Virus record (IMG/VR): IMGVR_UViG_3300037478_000184
Span: 1-50,277 of that record
DNA: 50,277 bases
Strand: one strand, 5' to 3'
Source of the DNA: a virus
Part shown: positions 23,927 through 31,832 of the stretch, in pieces
Position numbering within the stretch: the first letter of the stretch is position 1
Layout of the letters: each line of letters opens with the position of its first letter
Position numbers and translations under genes: made by a program
Notes under the pieces: generated by a model
What the model saw: only the letters and a program-made list of their open reading frames with translations
What the model was told of the DNA's origin: nothing
Database searches by the model: none

Positions 23927-24958
23927 TTACGCAGCCCGCCGCATCCGGCGGATGAACACTCGCTCCCGGCAGCGGCAGTTGTAGTCCGTCTCGCCGGGGA
24001 TCAGGTCGCCGTTCGGGAACGGCTCGTCGAAGCCCACGACCGTACCGTGCAGGATCAGGTGCTCGGGTCGGTTCCGGCCGTCACCCTTAGGCCCGCCGAC
24101 CGCGACCCATGAGCGGGCAAGGTCCCAACGCTGGACCACGCCGCGAGCGATCGCGTCCTCCCACGAGGCGCGCTGTCCCTGCTTCTGCGCCTGGAGCATC
24201 GCCGTCCGAGTCTGTGTCTCGACGTTCCATGCTTCCAGGCGCTTCCGGTACGCTTCCACCATGGCGTCGACCTGGGCGGCACTCAGTGGCTCCTTGCCGA
24301 GTAGCCGGTCGAGCCGAGCGAGTTGGGCCTTGGTGAGCCCTTCGCCGCCAGCATGAGCGCGGCGCACGATCGTCGAGCCGTCGGGCCTGCGGAGCACGCC
24401 CTTGCCGAGCGCACGACGGAGCGCCGCCCGGTCGCCGGTCTCGAGTTGCCGCCGGAAGTTGAGCACGGCCTGGGCCTGGCTTTCGCTGAGGCCGACGAGC
24501 GATTTTACCTGCCGAGCCACGGCGCGAGGATTCCGGCCGGCCTCGATGCCCTCGACGACCACAGTCCGGAGCGTGTCCCGCACCTGGTCCTTGAGGAGCC
24601 GTGCCTGCACCTGGTCGAGCCGACGCGCGGCTTCGATGACCTGCGGGCTCAGGATGTCGAAGGCCGCCGGCCGCACCCATGACGGGAAGTGCCGGGCCTC
24701 CGTCTCGGCCACCTGGAGCACCGCACGGTCCAGCGCCACCCGGAGCCGGACGACGGCCGGGTCCAACGCCTCGTCGTCCAGCATCGTGGCGATCAGCCGC
24801 TCGACCGATCCGGAGCGGATGGCACGGACGATCTCCGCCTCGCTGAGCACGCCACGGATGAGCCGGTAGGCTTCCAGGTAGCGGCGAACGAGCTCCGGAG
24901 AGAGTTGCCGGGCCTGGCGCTCCAGGCGCGAGATGAATGCGGCCTCGATCGGGGTCAC
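23927..24958 (-). CDS. Head morphogenesis protein, Mu F / SPP1 gp7 family (343 aa)
   Basis: C-terminal HLILHGTVVGFDEPFPNGDLIPGETDYNCRCRE signature; GTG 24958 overlaps the upstream TGA. Confidence 0.85.
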   Translation of the reverse strand: MTPIEAAFISRLERQARQLSPELVRRYLEAYRLIRGVLSEAEIVRAIRSGSVERLIATMLDDEALDPAVVRLRVALDRAVLQVAETEARHFPSWVRPAAFDILSPQVIEAARRLDQVQARLLKDQVRDTLRTVVVEGIEAGRNPRAVARQVKSLVGLSESQAQAVLNFRRQLETGDRAALRRALGKGVLRRPDGSTIVRRAHAGGEGLTKAQLARLDRLLGKEPLSAAQVDAMVEAYRKRLEAWNVETQTRTAMLQAQKQGQRASWEDAIARGVVQRWDLARSWVAVGGPKGDGRNRPEHLILHGTVVGFDEPFPNGDLIPGETDYNCRCRERVFIRRMRRAA

Positions 24959-25218
24959 TCGTCGTCTCCCACCACCCTGTACCGCTTGCCCCCGAAACTG
25001 AACGGCTCCCCGACCGGCGGAAGCCCCCGGACAAAGTACTCCCCATCGAGCTCCAGTTCGCCGGGCTCGATGACCACGGTCACGGTCGGAAACGAATCGC
25101 CATCGATATTGACGTGGGCGGAGACGAGCCCGTGTCCGACCAGCTCGTGCCCGTCGATCACCACGCTGGGGTTGAGTGGATCGTCGGTGTTCGTTTGGAT
25201 CTTCACGCGCGGTTTCAT
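24955..25218 (-). CDS. Hypothetical protein (87 aa)
   Basis: ORF 24955..25248 trimmed to ATG 25218: MKPRVKIQTNTDDPLNPSVVIDGHELVGHG... Confidence 0.7.
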   Translation of the reverse strand: MKPRVKIQTNTDDPLNPSVVIDGHELVGHGLVSAHVNIDGDSFPTVTVVIEPGELELDGEYFVRGLPPVGEPFSFGGKRYRVVGDDE

Positions 25219-25220
25219 AT

Positions 25221-25517
25221 TCACACCCACCTCCGGCAGTCGAGACACACCACACGCGGCTCGCCGGAATCCGGGTCCGTGGCCTTGGCCGTGCGGCCGT
25301 GCTCGCAGTCGATGCCGTGCGCGATCACCGTCGTGTAGTCGGGCAGGTACGTGCCCGCCCGCTCCTTCTCGACGAGGTCCAGGCTCACGCGGATGCCGCG
25401 AAGTGCGGAGAGCCGGAGCAGCAGGTCGAGCTCGAAGAGCGCGAGCGTGAGTGCGCTGCGGATCTCTTCGTCCGTGAGTTTCGCGAGCGTTTTGGGATCG
25501 TCGCCGGGTAGGGCCAT
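25221..25517 (-). CDS. Hypothetical protein (98 aa)
   Basis: MALPGDDPKTLAKLTDEEIRSALTLALFELD... Confidence 0.7.
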   Translation of the reverse strand: MALPGDDPKTLAKLTDEEIRSALTLALFELDLLLRLSALRGIRVSLDLVEKERAGTYLPDYTTVIAHGIDCEHGRTAKATDPDSGEPRVVCLDCRRWV

Positions 25518-25532
25518 GCTACAGCCTTCCGC

Positions 25533-27083
25533 TCATGCCGCCGCGCCTTGTTTGTCCGCGTCCACGTCGGCGAGTCTTTCCGCTGCCGCCTTCGCTTCTG
25601 CTTCTTCGGCCTCACGGACCGCTTCGGCTTGGGCCATCATCTCGAACTCCAGCTCCTCCAGGTCACGGTCGGCGGCGATCCGGCCGCCCTGCTGCCATGC
25701 GTCGAGCATGATACGTACAGGGAGCCCGGCGTCCTTGATCGCCCGAACATAGGCCACCATCACGTCGGGTGCCATCGCCGTGCTCTCGAAGTCGCGCGAC
25801 ATCTCGATCGTGGGCACGCCCTCGCCTTCGATGCCTTCGTACCACGCATGGATCGCGAGTGCAGCGTTCACCGAGTCCTCGACGCCCGTGATGGCGGTCG
25901 CGAGCGTGGCGTTCTCGGCGGTCGCGTCGAGCCGCTTGGCTTCCGCTGTCTCGGCCGCGCGGGTGTCCGATTGCAAGAAGCTGACCCCGAGCGAGGCGAT
26001 CTGGCGGAGCTTTTCCAGCACGAGGCCGGCCAGCCGTTCGAGTCCCGTGCCTTGGGGTTCCGTCCACTTGAAGTCCCCGCCTTCCTTGACCGTCACGCTG
26101 ACCAGCGGCCCGATCTCCAGCTCGCCCACCAGCTGACCGATCACCGTCGGTTGGGCGAGCCCGGCGACCTCGGTGTTGAACCGGAGCGAGGTCGATAGCT
26201 GCCAGTGCGAGAGGTTCGCCCACGCCACGCCGAGCAAGGGGATCGTCGCGTCCATGATTCCGTTCGAGCGGCCCGTGTAGGCGATCGCGACCGGGAGCCT
26301 GGTGGCTGGGTCACCGTTCCGGTTGGTGAACCCGCCCGAGCCCACGATACGAAACTCGTCAGCGACCACGCCGGTCTCGTCTGAGCGCTCGTACAGTGTC
26401 CAACCCGCGATCCTACCGCCGCCGGGCGCCTCCACCAACCGCATGTCCCGGTACCGTACCACGGGCTTCACCCCGAAAGTGCCGTCCCGGACCGCAACCT
26501 CTTCCACGAGCGTGAGCTGGGTGAGCGTGGCTGCGTTGTCGACCACTTCGACCATCCAGTTGATCGCCTGGGATCGCTCGTACCTACGCCACATCGGGCG
26601 GAGATTCAGGGCCTCTTCCATGTCGCCCGTCACCTCGCCTTCGGGGTTGTCGGGGCTCGGGTCGACCGATGGGGGGCTCGGATGATCGACGAGGATGATC
26701 GCGAGCCCGTCACGCAGGGCCACGTCCGTGTACCGCTTGAGGAATACCGGACCGTTGGCGCCCGCGCCGTCGATGTTGTCCCAGTGGGGAGTCATGACCC
26801 CTTCGGCGGCGTTCCACTCGATTTGGGGTTGTTTCGCGAACGCCATGCCGACCCCCGCCGACAGCGTGCGCCCGAACCCCTCGAAGAACGTCTCGCACCG
26901 CCGGCGGATGTTGTAATTCTCGCGCTTCTCGCCGCCCCACTTCCGGATGTAGACGTTCGAGCGATCGTGCATCGCGCGGGTGCCGCCCATCTCGTCCGCG
27001 ATCAGCTGGAGATCGTCCGCCAGCGCGACGTACTCGGGGCGGGCGTAGTTTGGCAGCTTGGGGTCCGTCCCGTATTTCTTCAT
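25533..27083 (-). CDS. Portal protein (516 aa)
   Basis: Size and position after TerL. The N-terminus YARPEYVALADDLQLIADEMGG is reminiscent of DUF4055-type portals (from memory). Confidence 0.85.
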   Translation of the reverse strand: MKKYGTDPKLPNYARPEYVALADDLQLIADEMGGTRAMHDRSNVYIRKWGGEKRENYNIRRRCETFFEGFGRTLSAGVGMAFAKQPQIEWNAAEGVMTPHWDNIDGAGANGPVFLKRYTDVALRDGLAIILVDHPSPPSVDPSPDNPEGEVTGDMEEALNLRPMWRRYERSQAINWMVEVVDNAATLTQLTLVEEVAVRDGTFGVKPVVRYRDMRLVEAPGGGRIAGWTLYERSDETGVVADEFRIVGSGGFTNRNGDPATRLPVAIAYTGRSNGIMDATIPLLGVAWANLSHWQLSTSLRFNTEVAGLAQPTVIGQLVGELEIGPLVSVTVKEGGDFKWTEPQGTGLERLAGLVLEKLRQIASLGVSFLQSDTRAAETAEAKRLDATAENATLATAITGVEDSVNAALAIHAWYEGIEGEGVPTIEMSRDFESTAMAPDVMVAYVRAIKDAGLPVRIMLDAWQQGGRIAADRDLEELEFEMMAQAEAVREAEEAEAKAAAERLADVDADKQGAAA

Positions 27084-27370
27084 CCCAGAGCCAGCCCCTT
27101 GATAACATCGGTTGTCGTCCGGTTGCGTGCCCGGATCTGGTTACAGGTCGCCCGCACATTCTCGTCCGCCGCGAGCAGGGCGCGTTCGTCACCGTCGCTC
27201 ATGGCCTCGAGTATCAGCCAGCGCCCGAACCGCAGGATGCGCGCGCAGTGCTCGCAGATCGTCAGGTCCCCGACCTCCGGCACGTGGCCGCCATCCTCGT
27301 AGGCGCTGGAGTCGATCCGGCCACCGCAGTGGGGGCACTCCGAGACGGGTACGGATAAATCGAAGCTCAC
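27080..27370 (-). CDS. Small zinc-ribbon protein (96 aa)
   Basis: CPHCGG...CEHC; ATGA overlaps with TerL and the portal gene. Confidence 0.75.
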   Translation of the reverse strand: MSFDLSVPVSECPHCGGRIDSSAYEDGGHVPEVGDLTICEHCARILRFGRWLILEAMSDGDERALLAADENVRATCNQIRARNRTTTDVIKGLALG

Positions 27371-28641
27371 GCGCTCACGCTCCCGAATCGGATGGACGGT
27401 GGCTCGGCCAACACATTGAACTCCTGCCAGAGCAGGTAGCCGAGTGCCGCGCAGACGTGGCCGTATGGTCCTTTCTCCGGGTGACTCGTGCCGTCTTTGT
27501 ACACCAGGTTCGAGAGCCCGGTCGTGAGGTACTTTGCTCTGGGGTGAATCCGGCAGCGGCGGCGACCCGTCTTCCGGTCGTAGAGCATGTCGTTCGTGTT
27601 ATTGATTCGATCCTTGACCATCGGCGCCGCGCTCGGGGCCAGCACTTCGAATCCGGCACGCTTCAAGATGGTGAAGTCCGTCTGGCCGACCGGGGCGGAC
27701 GATTTGCGCTGGTTTCCGCTCGGGTCCGGACACGCCACGTAGCGCCGATCCGGGTAACGCTCCTTCACCTCGTCGGCAAGTTCTTCCGTGTTCGAGGACT
27801 GAATCTTGACCGCGTCGAGCACCAGGCACTCGTCGCCGGCTCGGACCGCCACGACCGCCGACATCGGGTCCACGTTGAAGTCGATGCCCACGAGCAGGTC
27901 GCCACCCGTGTCCTCGATGCCCTCGTCGAGGCTCCCGTCAGGGTAAGGCTTGCCGCGGTAGGATGCGTAGACCCGGCCCGAGCCACCGAGGAAGTAGCCG
28001 CCGCCCCAGACGTGTTCGTACGTGTCGGGGTCCGTGGCCCTGTCGTCCTCGGCCTCTTGAAGCATCTCCGGCGGCAGGAACGGGTTGTCCTCGTAGGTCG
28101 CCTCGCAGAGCACGACGTTCGAATAGCCCTCACGTTCGGCGAAGAACTTGTCCACCGCGTCGTCGGGGCTCTCTCGGTTCCAGCTGAACCAGAGCTCCGA
28201 GCCGGGTGCGCGGATCGTGGGCCTGAGCAGACGCAGCGAGCGCTCGGAGAGTGAGTGGGCTTCCTCGATCCATGCCCGACCGAAATCCTCAAGTGACTTG
28301 ATCGAGTCGGCCGTGTGGTCCTGCATGCCCTCAAAGATCATGACGCCGGTGCCGCCTCTGCGGCGGATCTCACTCGTGAGCACGTCGAATTGATCCGACA
28401 CACCATGGTTGCGGATCTTGGCCTCGACGAGGCTCTTGGCGCTGTAGCGGAGCGCCCGCTGGACCTCGCGGATGCAGACGAAACGCAGGCTCGGGTCGCA
28501 GACCATCTCTTCGACGGCGAGCGAGGCGAAGAAGTGTGATGCGCCGCGTGACCGGCCGCCGACAGCGCCTTTGTAGCGCGCCGGTCCCAGGAGGGGCAGC
28601 GCCCATTCCGCCGTGGGGATGTCAAGGGTGACCGTTGCCAT
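27367..28641 (-). CDS. terL: Terminase large subunit (424 aa)
   Basis: Walker-A-like GAVGGRSRGASHFF, then LLVGIDFNVDPMS nuclease-domain pattern. Gene order TerS-TerL-portal. PBSX/Terminase_3-like (from memory). Confidence 0.9.
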   Translation of the reverse strand: MATVTLDIPTAEWALPLLGPARYKGAVGGRSRGASHFFASLAVEEMVCDPSLRFVCIREVQRALRYSAKSLVEAKIRNHGVSDQFDVLTSEIRRRGGTGVMIFEGMQDHTADSIKSLEDFGRAWIEEAHSLSERSLRLLRPTIRAPGSELWFSWNRESPDDAVDKFFAEREGYSNVVLCEATYEDNPFLPPEMLQEAEDDRATDPDTYEHVWGGGYFLGGSGRVYASYRGKPYPDGSLDEGIEDTGGDLLVGIDFNVDPMSAVVAVRAGDECLVLDAVKIQSSNTEELADEVKERYPDRRYVACPDPSGNQRKSSAPVGQTDFTILKRAGFEVLAPSAAPMVKDRINNTNDMLYDRKTGRRRCRIHPRAKYLTTGLSNLVYKDGTSHPEKGPYGHVCAALGYLLWQEFNVLAEPPSIRFGSVSA

Positions 28642-29164
28642 TCCCGACGTTCGCTGCCGCTGCGATGCGGTTCTTGGTCGCTGGCACGACCTGGCGCGTG
28701 ACCTCGACTTGCATCGGCCCGCCGTCCTTGCCGGTAACTTCGTGGGCCACCCTGTCTCCGTACACCTTGGGGAGCACCTTGGAGAGCATCCACTTCCGGG
28801 TGTCGACCCTGAGCCGGGCGCGCTGAATGGCCTCGCCGTCTACGACGATGCCGTTCTCTGTCACCTTCGCGTCGAAGCCGGAATCGTCGGCAATGTCGGT
28901 GATTTCCTCGGCCCAGATATGCGCCTGAACCTGCCGGGCCTGTGCGTAGTGGTAAGAAAACCCGGACCACGGTTTACCCTTTGCGTCCGTCACGACCCAG
29001 TGCAAAACGGTCTGGCGAGTCGGCATGTCCTCGTCATCACAGACCGACCGCAGTGAGCGCGGTTCGCAGAGCCTCTTGAAAATCTCCGCGGCGAGTTCGG
29101 GGGTGTAGATGCTGGGGCGGCCACCTTTGTTCTCGCTCGCCGGCCCCTTGGCTTTCTTCGCCAT
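28622..29164 (-). CDS. terS: Terminase small subunit (180 aa)
   Basis: N-terminal HTH GGRPSIYTPELAAEIFKRLCEPRSLRSVCDDEDMPTRQTVLHW is typical of TerS; 20-nt overlap with terL. Confidence 0.8.
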   Translation of the reverse strand: MAKKAKGPASENKGGRPSIYTPELAAEIFKRLCEPRSLRSVCDDEDMPTRQTVLHWVVTDAKGKPWSGFSYHYAQARQVQAHIWAEEITDIADDSGFDAKVTENGIVVDGEAIQRARLRVDTRKWMLSKVLPKVYGDRVAHEVTGKDGGPMQVEVTRQVVPATKNRIAAAANVGNGNGHP

Positions 29165-29370
29165 CAGCCGACCCTCGGCCTCTCTTCCGCAGCATCCTCG
29201 GGCCGATACACGTCGCAGACGAAGCGCTGCCCGTCGGCCGTCGTGAACGACATCAGGCCCGTCTCTCCGTCCGGCTTCACCGAGAGCTGGCCGTGCATGG
29301 AGCCGTCGGCGGCGATCTTGCCGATGGTGTCCCAGATGGCGCTCGTCGGGTGGGCGGGCTGCTTCGCCAT
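29164..29370 (-). CDS. Hypothetical protein (68 aa)
   Basis: ORF 29164..29424 trimmed to ATG 29370: MAKQPAHPTSAIWDTIGKIAADGSMHG... Confidence 0.7.
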   Translation of the reverse strand: MAKQPAHPTSAIWDTIGKIAADGSMHGQLSVKPDGETGLMSFTTADGQRFVCDVYRPEDAAEERPRVG

Positions 29371-29448
29371 CAGTCGACTTGGCTCATGGTCGGCCCCTTC
29401 GCGGTGGACGGGTGGATATGCCAAGCTACGTTCCTGGGTGGCTGTGTG

Positions 29449-29748
29449 TCAAATGGACACGGTGTCGTGGTGCCGAGGCCGTTCACGCTTTCGGCGGCCA
29501 TCGCTGCACCTTCCCGTCATCGGTCGTGGCGAGAGCAAAAGGCTCGTCGTCGTCGGGTCGAGGTCCCGCCATGTGCGCTGGACGGCCTCCACGTAGCCCT
29601 CGCCGTCCAGTAACACGCACCTCGCCTTGATGATGCGCACCAGCACGTCCATGCCGCCCTCTACCAGGTGTGGAGCCCATCCCGCGAGGGCTCCCCGTAT
29701 CACCACTTCCGGCGGCGCGCTCCACATCTCGCGGATAGCGGGGCTCAT
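29449..29748 (-). CDS. Hypothetical protein (99 aa)
   Basis: ATG 29748 with GGGAGGAA SD: MSPAIREMWSAPPEVVIRGALAGW.... The C-terminal third is basic and of lower coding quality. Confidence 0.6.
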   Translation of the reverse strand: MSPAIREMWSAPPEVVIRGALAGWAPHLVEGGMDVLVRIIKARCVLLDGEGYVEAVQRTWRDLDPTTTSLLLSPRPMTGRCSDGRRKRERPRHHDTVSI

Positions 29749-29769
29749 GGGTTCCTCCCAGCAGCCCGC

Positions 29770-29830
29770 AGAATCCACGTCGATGTTCCGGGGGCATCCC
29801 CACCAGGGGTAGGCCGTCCTCGTGGATTCT
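29770..29830. repeat. 10-bp perfect inverted repeat AGAATCCACG ... CGTGGATTCT (41-nt spacer)
   Basis: 29770-29779 and 29821-29830 read directly; lies in the 121-nt gap upstream of the packaging operon. Confidence 0.8.
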
Positions 29831-29869
29831 GGGTGCCATCCTGTGCGCTCACGGGGATTCTCGTGGCAC

Positions 29870-30226
29870 TCATCGCCCGACCCTCCAGCACCGATGCGCC
29901 CCGAGCGCAGCCCTCAGCCGGACGTCATCGCCGCCCAGGTCATCGTCCCATGCCGCGGCGGCTGGCACCCGGTAGCGGACGCCGGCCCGGTGCGAATAGG
30001 CGCAGAGGCTATCCGGTGCCGCGGCCTCGATCGAGACGCTGTCGGGCAAGACGGCGTGCAGGGCGAGGGTGTCGTAGGGGGCTGGGGCTGGTGCACGGTC
30101 GGTGGTGGCGGCCGCCGTGACCGCGAAGACCACACCGCCGCCGGCCGCCATGAGGGTCAGCGCGGTCGCGGCCACCATGACAGCGTCACGCAGCGCATCG
30201 GGTAGGTCACGCAGTAGGCTTCTCAT
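29870..30226 (-). CDS. Membrane-anchored protein (118 aa)
   Basis: ORF 29870..30475 trimmed to ATG 30226: MRSLLRDLPDALRDAVMVAATALTLMAAGGGVVFAVTAAA... Confidence 0.65.
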   Translation of the reverse strand: MRSLLRDLPDALRDAVMVAATALTLMAAGGGVVFAVTAAATTDRAPAPAPYDTLALHAVLPDSVSIEAAAPDSLCAYSHRAGVRYRVPAAAAWDDDLGGDDVRLRAALGAHRCWRVGR

Positions 30227-30278
30227 GATTCGTGCTCCGGGTTCAGGGTCAGCCACCGGGCCAGCGAGACGGGGGTGC

Positions 30279-31277
30279 TCATGCGGCGCCGTCGAGGCCG
30301 AGGATATCCGCGATCGGGGTGGGGCCGTCGCGGGAGCGGCGTACGCCTTTTCCAGCCTCGTGCTTCCGCCATCGGTCTTCGGCCACCGCGAACAGCGGCC
30401 GCAGGGCGGTGCCGTCGCCCTGGTCGGCGACGACTTCCGCCTTGACGAGTGCTGCCAGCGTGTAGGACGTGCCATCCTCGAGCCATGTCCCGCCCTCTCG
30501 ACGCAGGAGGCATGCGCCCTCGATCGCCGCCAGGACGCTCCACGGGTCCCGGTTCTTCTTGTAGCGCCAGGTCGTCAGGATGTCCCGGTTCCGGGCCTCG
30601 TCTCGGTAGCTGAGTTTGCCGAGCCCTAGTTTGAGGTGGGCCTTCTTCGCGATCTCGCTCCACAGGGCATCGGTGCGCTCGTCGGTCTCGGTGGTCGCGG
30701 TTGCTGTTGGTTCTGCGTTTTCTTCCAACCCGTCGCGCCGCTCGGTTTCGGGTGCCGTCTTCGTTTCTACCACCGGTGAGGTAGTAGAAGACGGGTTTTT
30801 CTTAGACTTAGACTTAGACTTAAACTTAAACTTAAACTTAGGCGGGAGTAGATCGGGAGTAGATCCGGAGTGCTCCGGAGTAGGTCCGGAGTAACTCCGG
30901 AGTGATGCTGTAATCTTTTGTGCGCTATGGACTTGCGGCGACGGTAACCTTGACTCTGCTTCGCGTTCTTTACGTAATCCCTTCTGATGGCGGTCGAATC
31001 CGGGGAATTGCAGGACGGGGCGCCCGTCGACCGAATACCACTCCACGAGATCGGCTTCCGCAAGCTCCTCGAGACACCGTTCCACGACCGCGATGGAGAG
31101 TTCTGGCCGGAGCGGCACGGCGATACCCTTCACCTCCTCGGGGCTGCCGGGCATGCGGCCTTCGCGGTCGAGGTGGGGGATGCATCGAGCGAATAGGTAG
31201 TCGGCCTCGAGCGAAACGCGCTGGTTGAGCTCCCAATCGTTCGCGATCGCCTTAGAAAGGAATCGTCCGTCAGGCAT
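30279..31277 (-). CDS. Replication initiator candidate (lambda O-like organisation, 332 aa)
   Basis: Winged-helix-like N-domain, low-complexity linker encoded by the iteron/AT-rich repeats, and a separate C-domain; GGAGGAGG SD. Confidence 0.65.
   Translation of the reverse strand: MPDGRFLSKAIANDWELNQRVSLEADYLFARCIPHLDREGRMPGSPEEVKGIAVPLRPELSIAVVERCLEELAEADLVEWYSVDGRPVLQFPGFDRHQKGLRKEREAESRLPSPQVHSAQKITASLRSYSGPTPEHSGSTPDLLPPKFKFKFKSKSKSKKNPSSTTSPVVETKTAPETERRDGLEENAEPTATATTETDERTDALWSEIAKKAHLKLGLGKLSYRDEARNRDILTTWRYKKNRDPWSVLAAIEGACLLRREGGTWLEDGTSYTLAALVKAEVVADQGDGTALRPLFAVAEDRWRKHEAGKGVRRSRDGPTPIADILGLDGAA
30801..30842. repeat. AT-rich tandem hexamers (CTTAGA x3, CTTAAA x3, CTTAGG); candidate DNA-unwinding element
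   Basis: Read directly; by far the most AT-rich stretch noticed in the window. Confidence 0.85.
30843..30907. repeat. Six tandem 10-11-nt iterons C(C/G)GGAGT(A/G)NNT; candidate origin of replication
   Basis: CGGGAGTAGAT x2, CCGGAGTGCT, CCGGAGTAGGT, CCGGAGTAACT, CCGGAGTGATG. Confidence 0.8.
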
Positions 31278-31346
31278 TGTTGCGGGCCTCCTCCGTGGCT
31301 TCGTTGTCTACAGGTTCGTCCGCCGGCCCCACATGAGCCACGACCA

Positions 31347-31643
31347 TTAGTCCGCAGCCTCACTCTGTGCGTGTTGCTCTCTCCACCAACGCTCGAACGC
31401 GCCGGCTTTTCTGTTCGCTTCCCGCATTCGTTCCTCGTGACCAGCGCCCCGGATGTGCGCGGCGGCGAGGTGGCACTCCTTCGCGTAGGACGGATCGTCT
31501 CTCGCGTCGTACGCATAGATCGAGCGGCTGCCGGGGATCAGCCGCGCCGACGGCCAGCCGTGCACCGGGTGGGAGATGTCCCGCCGCCTGGTCGTGATGC
31601 TGGCCTTCCACCGCTCATTGATTGCCACCGCTGGCTTGCTCAC
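31347..31643 (-). CDS. Hypothetical protein (98 aa)
   Basis: GTG 31643 with GGGAGGGG SD: VSKPAVAINERWKASITTRRRDISHPVHGW... Confidence 0.65.
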   Translation of the reverse strand: MSKPAVAINERWKASITTRRRDISHPVHGWPSARLIPGSRSIYAYDARDDPSYAKECHLAAAHIRGAGHEERMREANRKAGAFERWWREQHAQSEAAD

Positions 31644-31792
31644 GCGATCCCCTCCCGCACCGCATCCCACACCTCATCCCGCCGAGCCCAATTCCGCACC
31701 TCACGCTCGACCCCGTCCAGCATGAACGTGATGCCCAGCACGCCCGAATGCGGCGCACGCTCCGGACACGCCCGCTCGGTCAGCCCAGCCAC
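31640..31792 (-). CDS. Possible small protein (50 aa or longer; start unclear)
   Basis: Own translation (V)AGLTERACPERAPHSGVLGITFMLDGVEREVRNWARRDEVWDAVREGIA. GC3 about 82 percent; the TGA overlaps the next GTG. Confidence 0.35.
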   Translation of the reverse strand: MAGLTERACPERAPHSGVLGITFMLDGVEREVRNWARRDEVWDAVREGIA

Positions 31793-31832
31793 GTCGAGCG
31801 ACCAGCGGTAACGTCTGCCGTCGATGGCGAGG

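Noticed and set aside
29483-29560. Alternative -1 frame C-terminus (...DDDEPFALATTDDGKVQRWPPKA) for the 99-aa gene at 29449..29748
   Set aside because: It looks slightly more protein-like than the annotated basic tail. However, there is no slippery heptamer in register and the GC3 difference between the frames is not decisive, so it is left as an unconfirmed possibility.
30801-30907. Tandem short repeats considered as a CRISPR array or satellite
   Set aside because: The units are 6 and 10-11 nt with no spacers, and they lie inside an ORF. There are no cas genes. An iteron plus AT-rich origin is the better explanation. The repeat tracts at 6290-6355 and 9046-9594 are likewise in-frame coding repeats.
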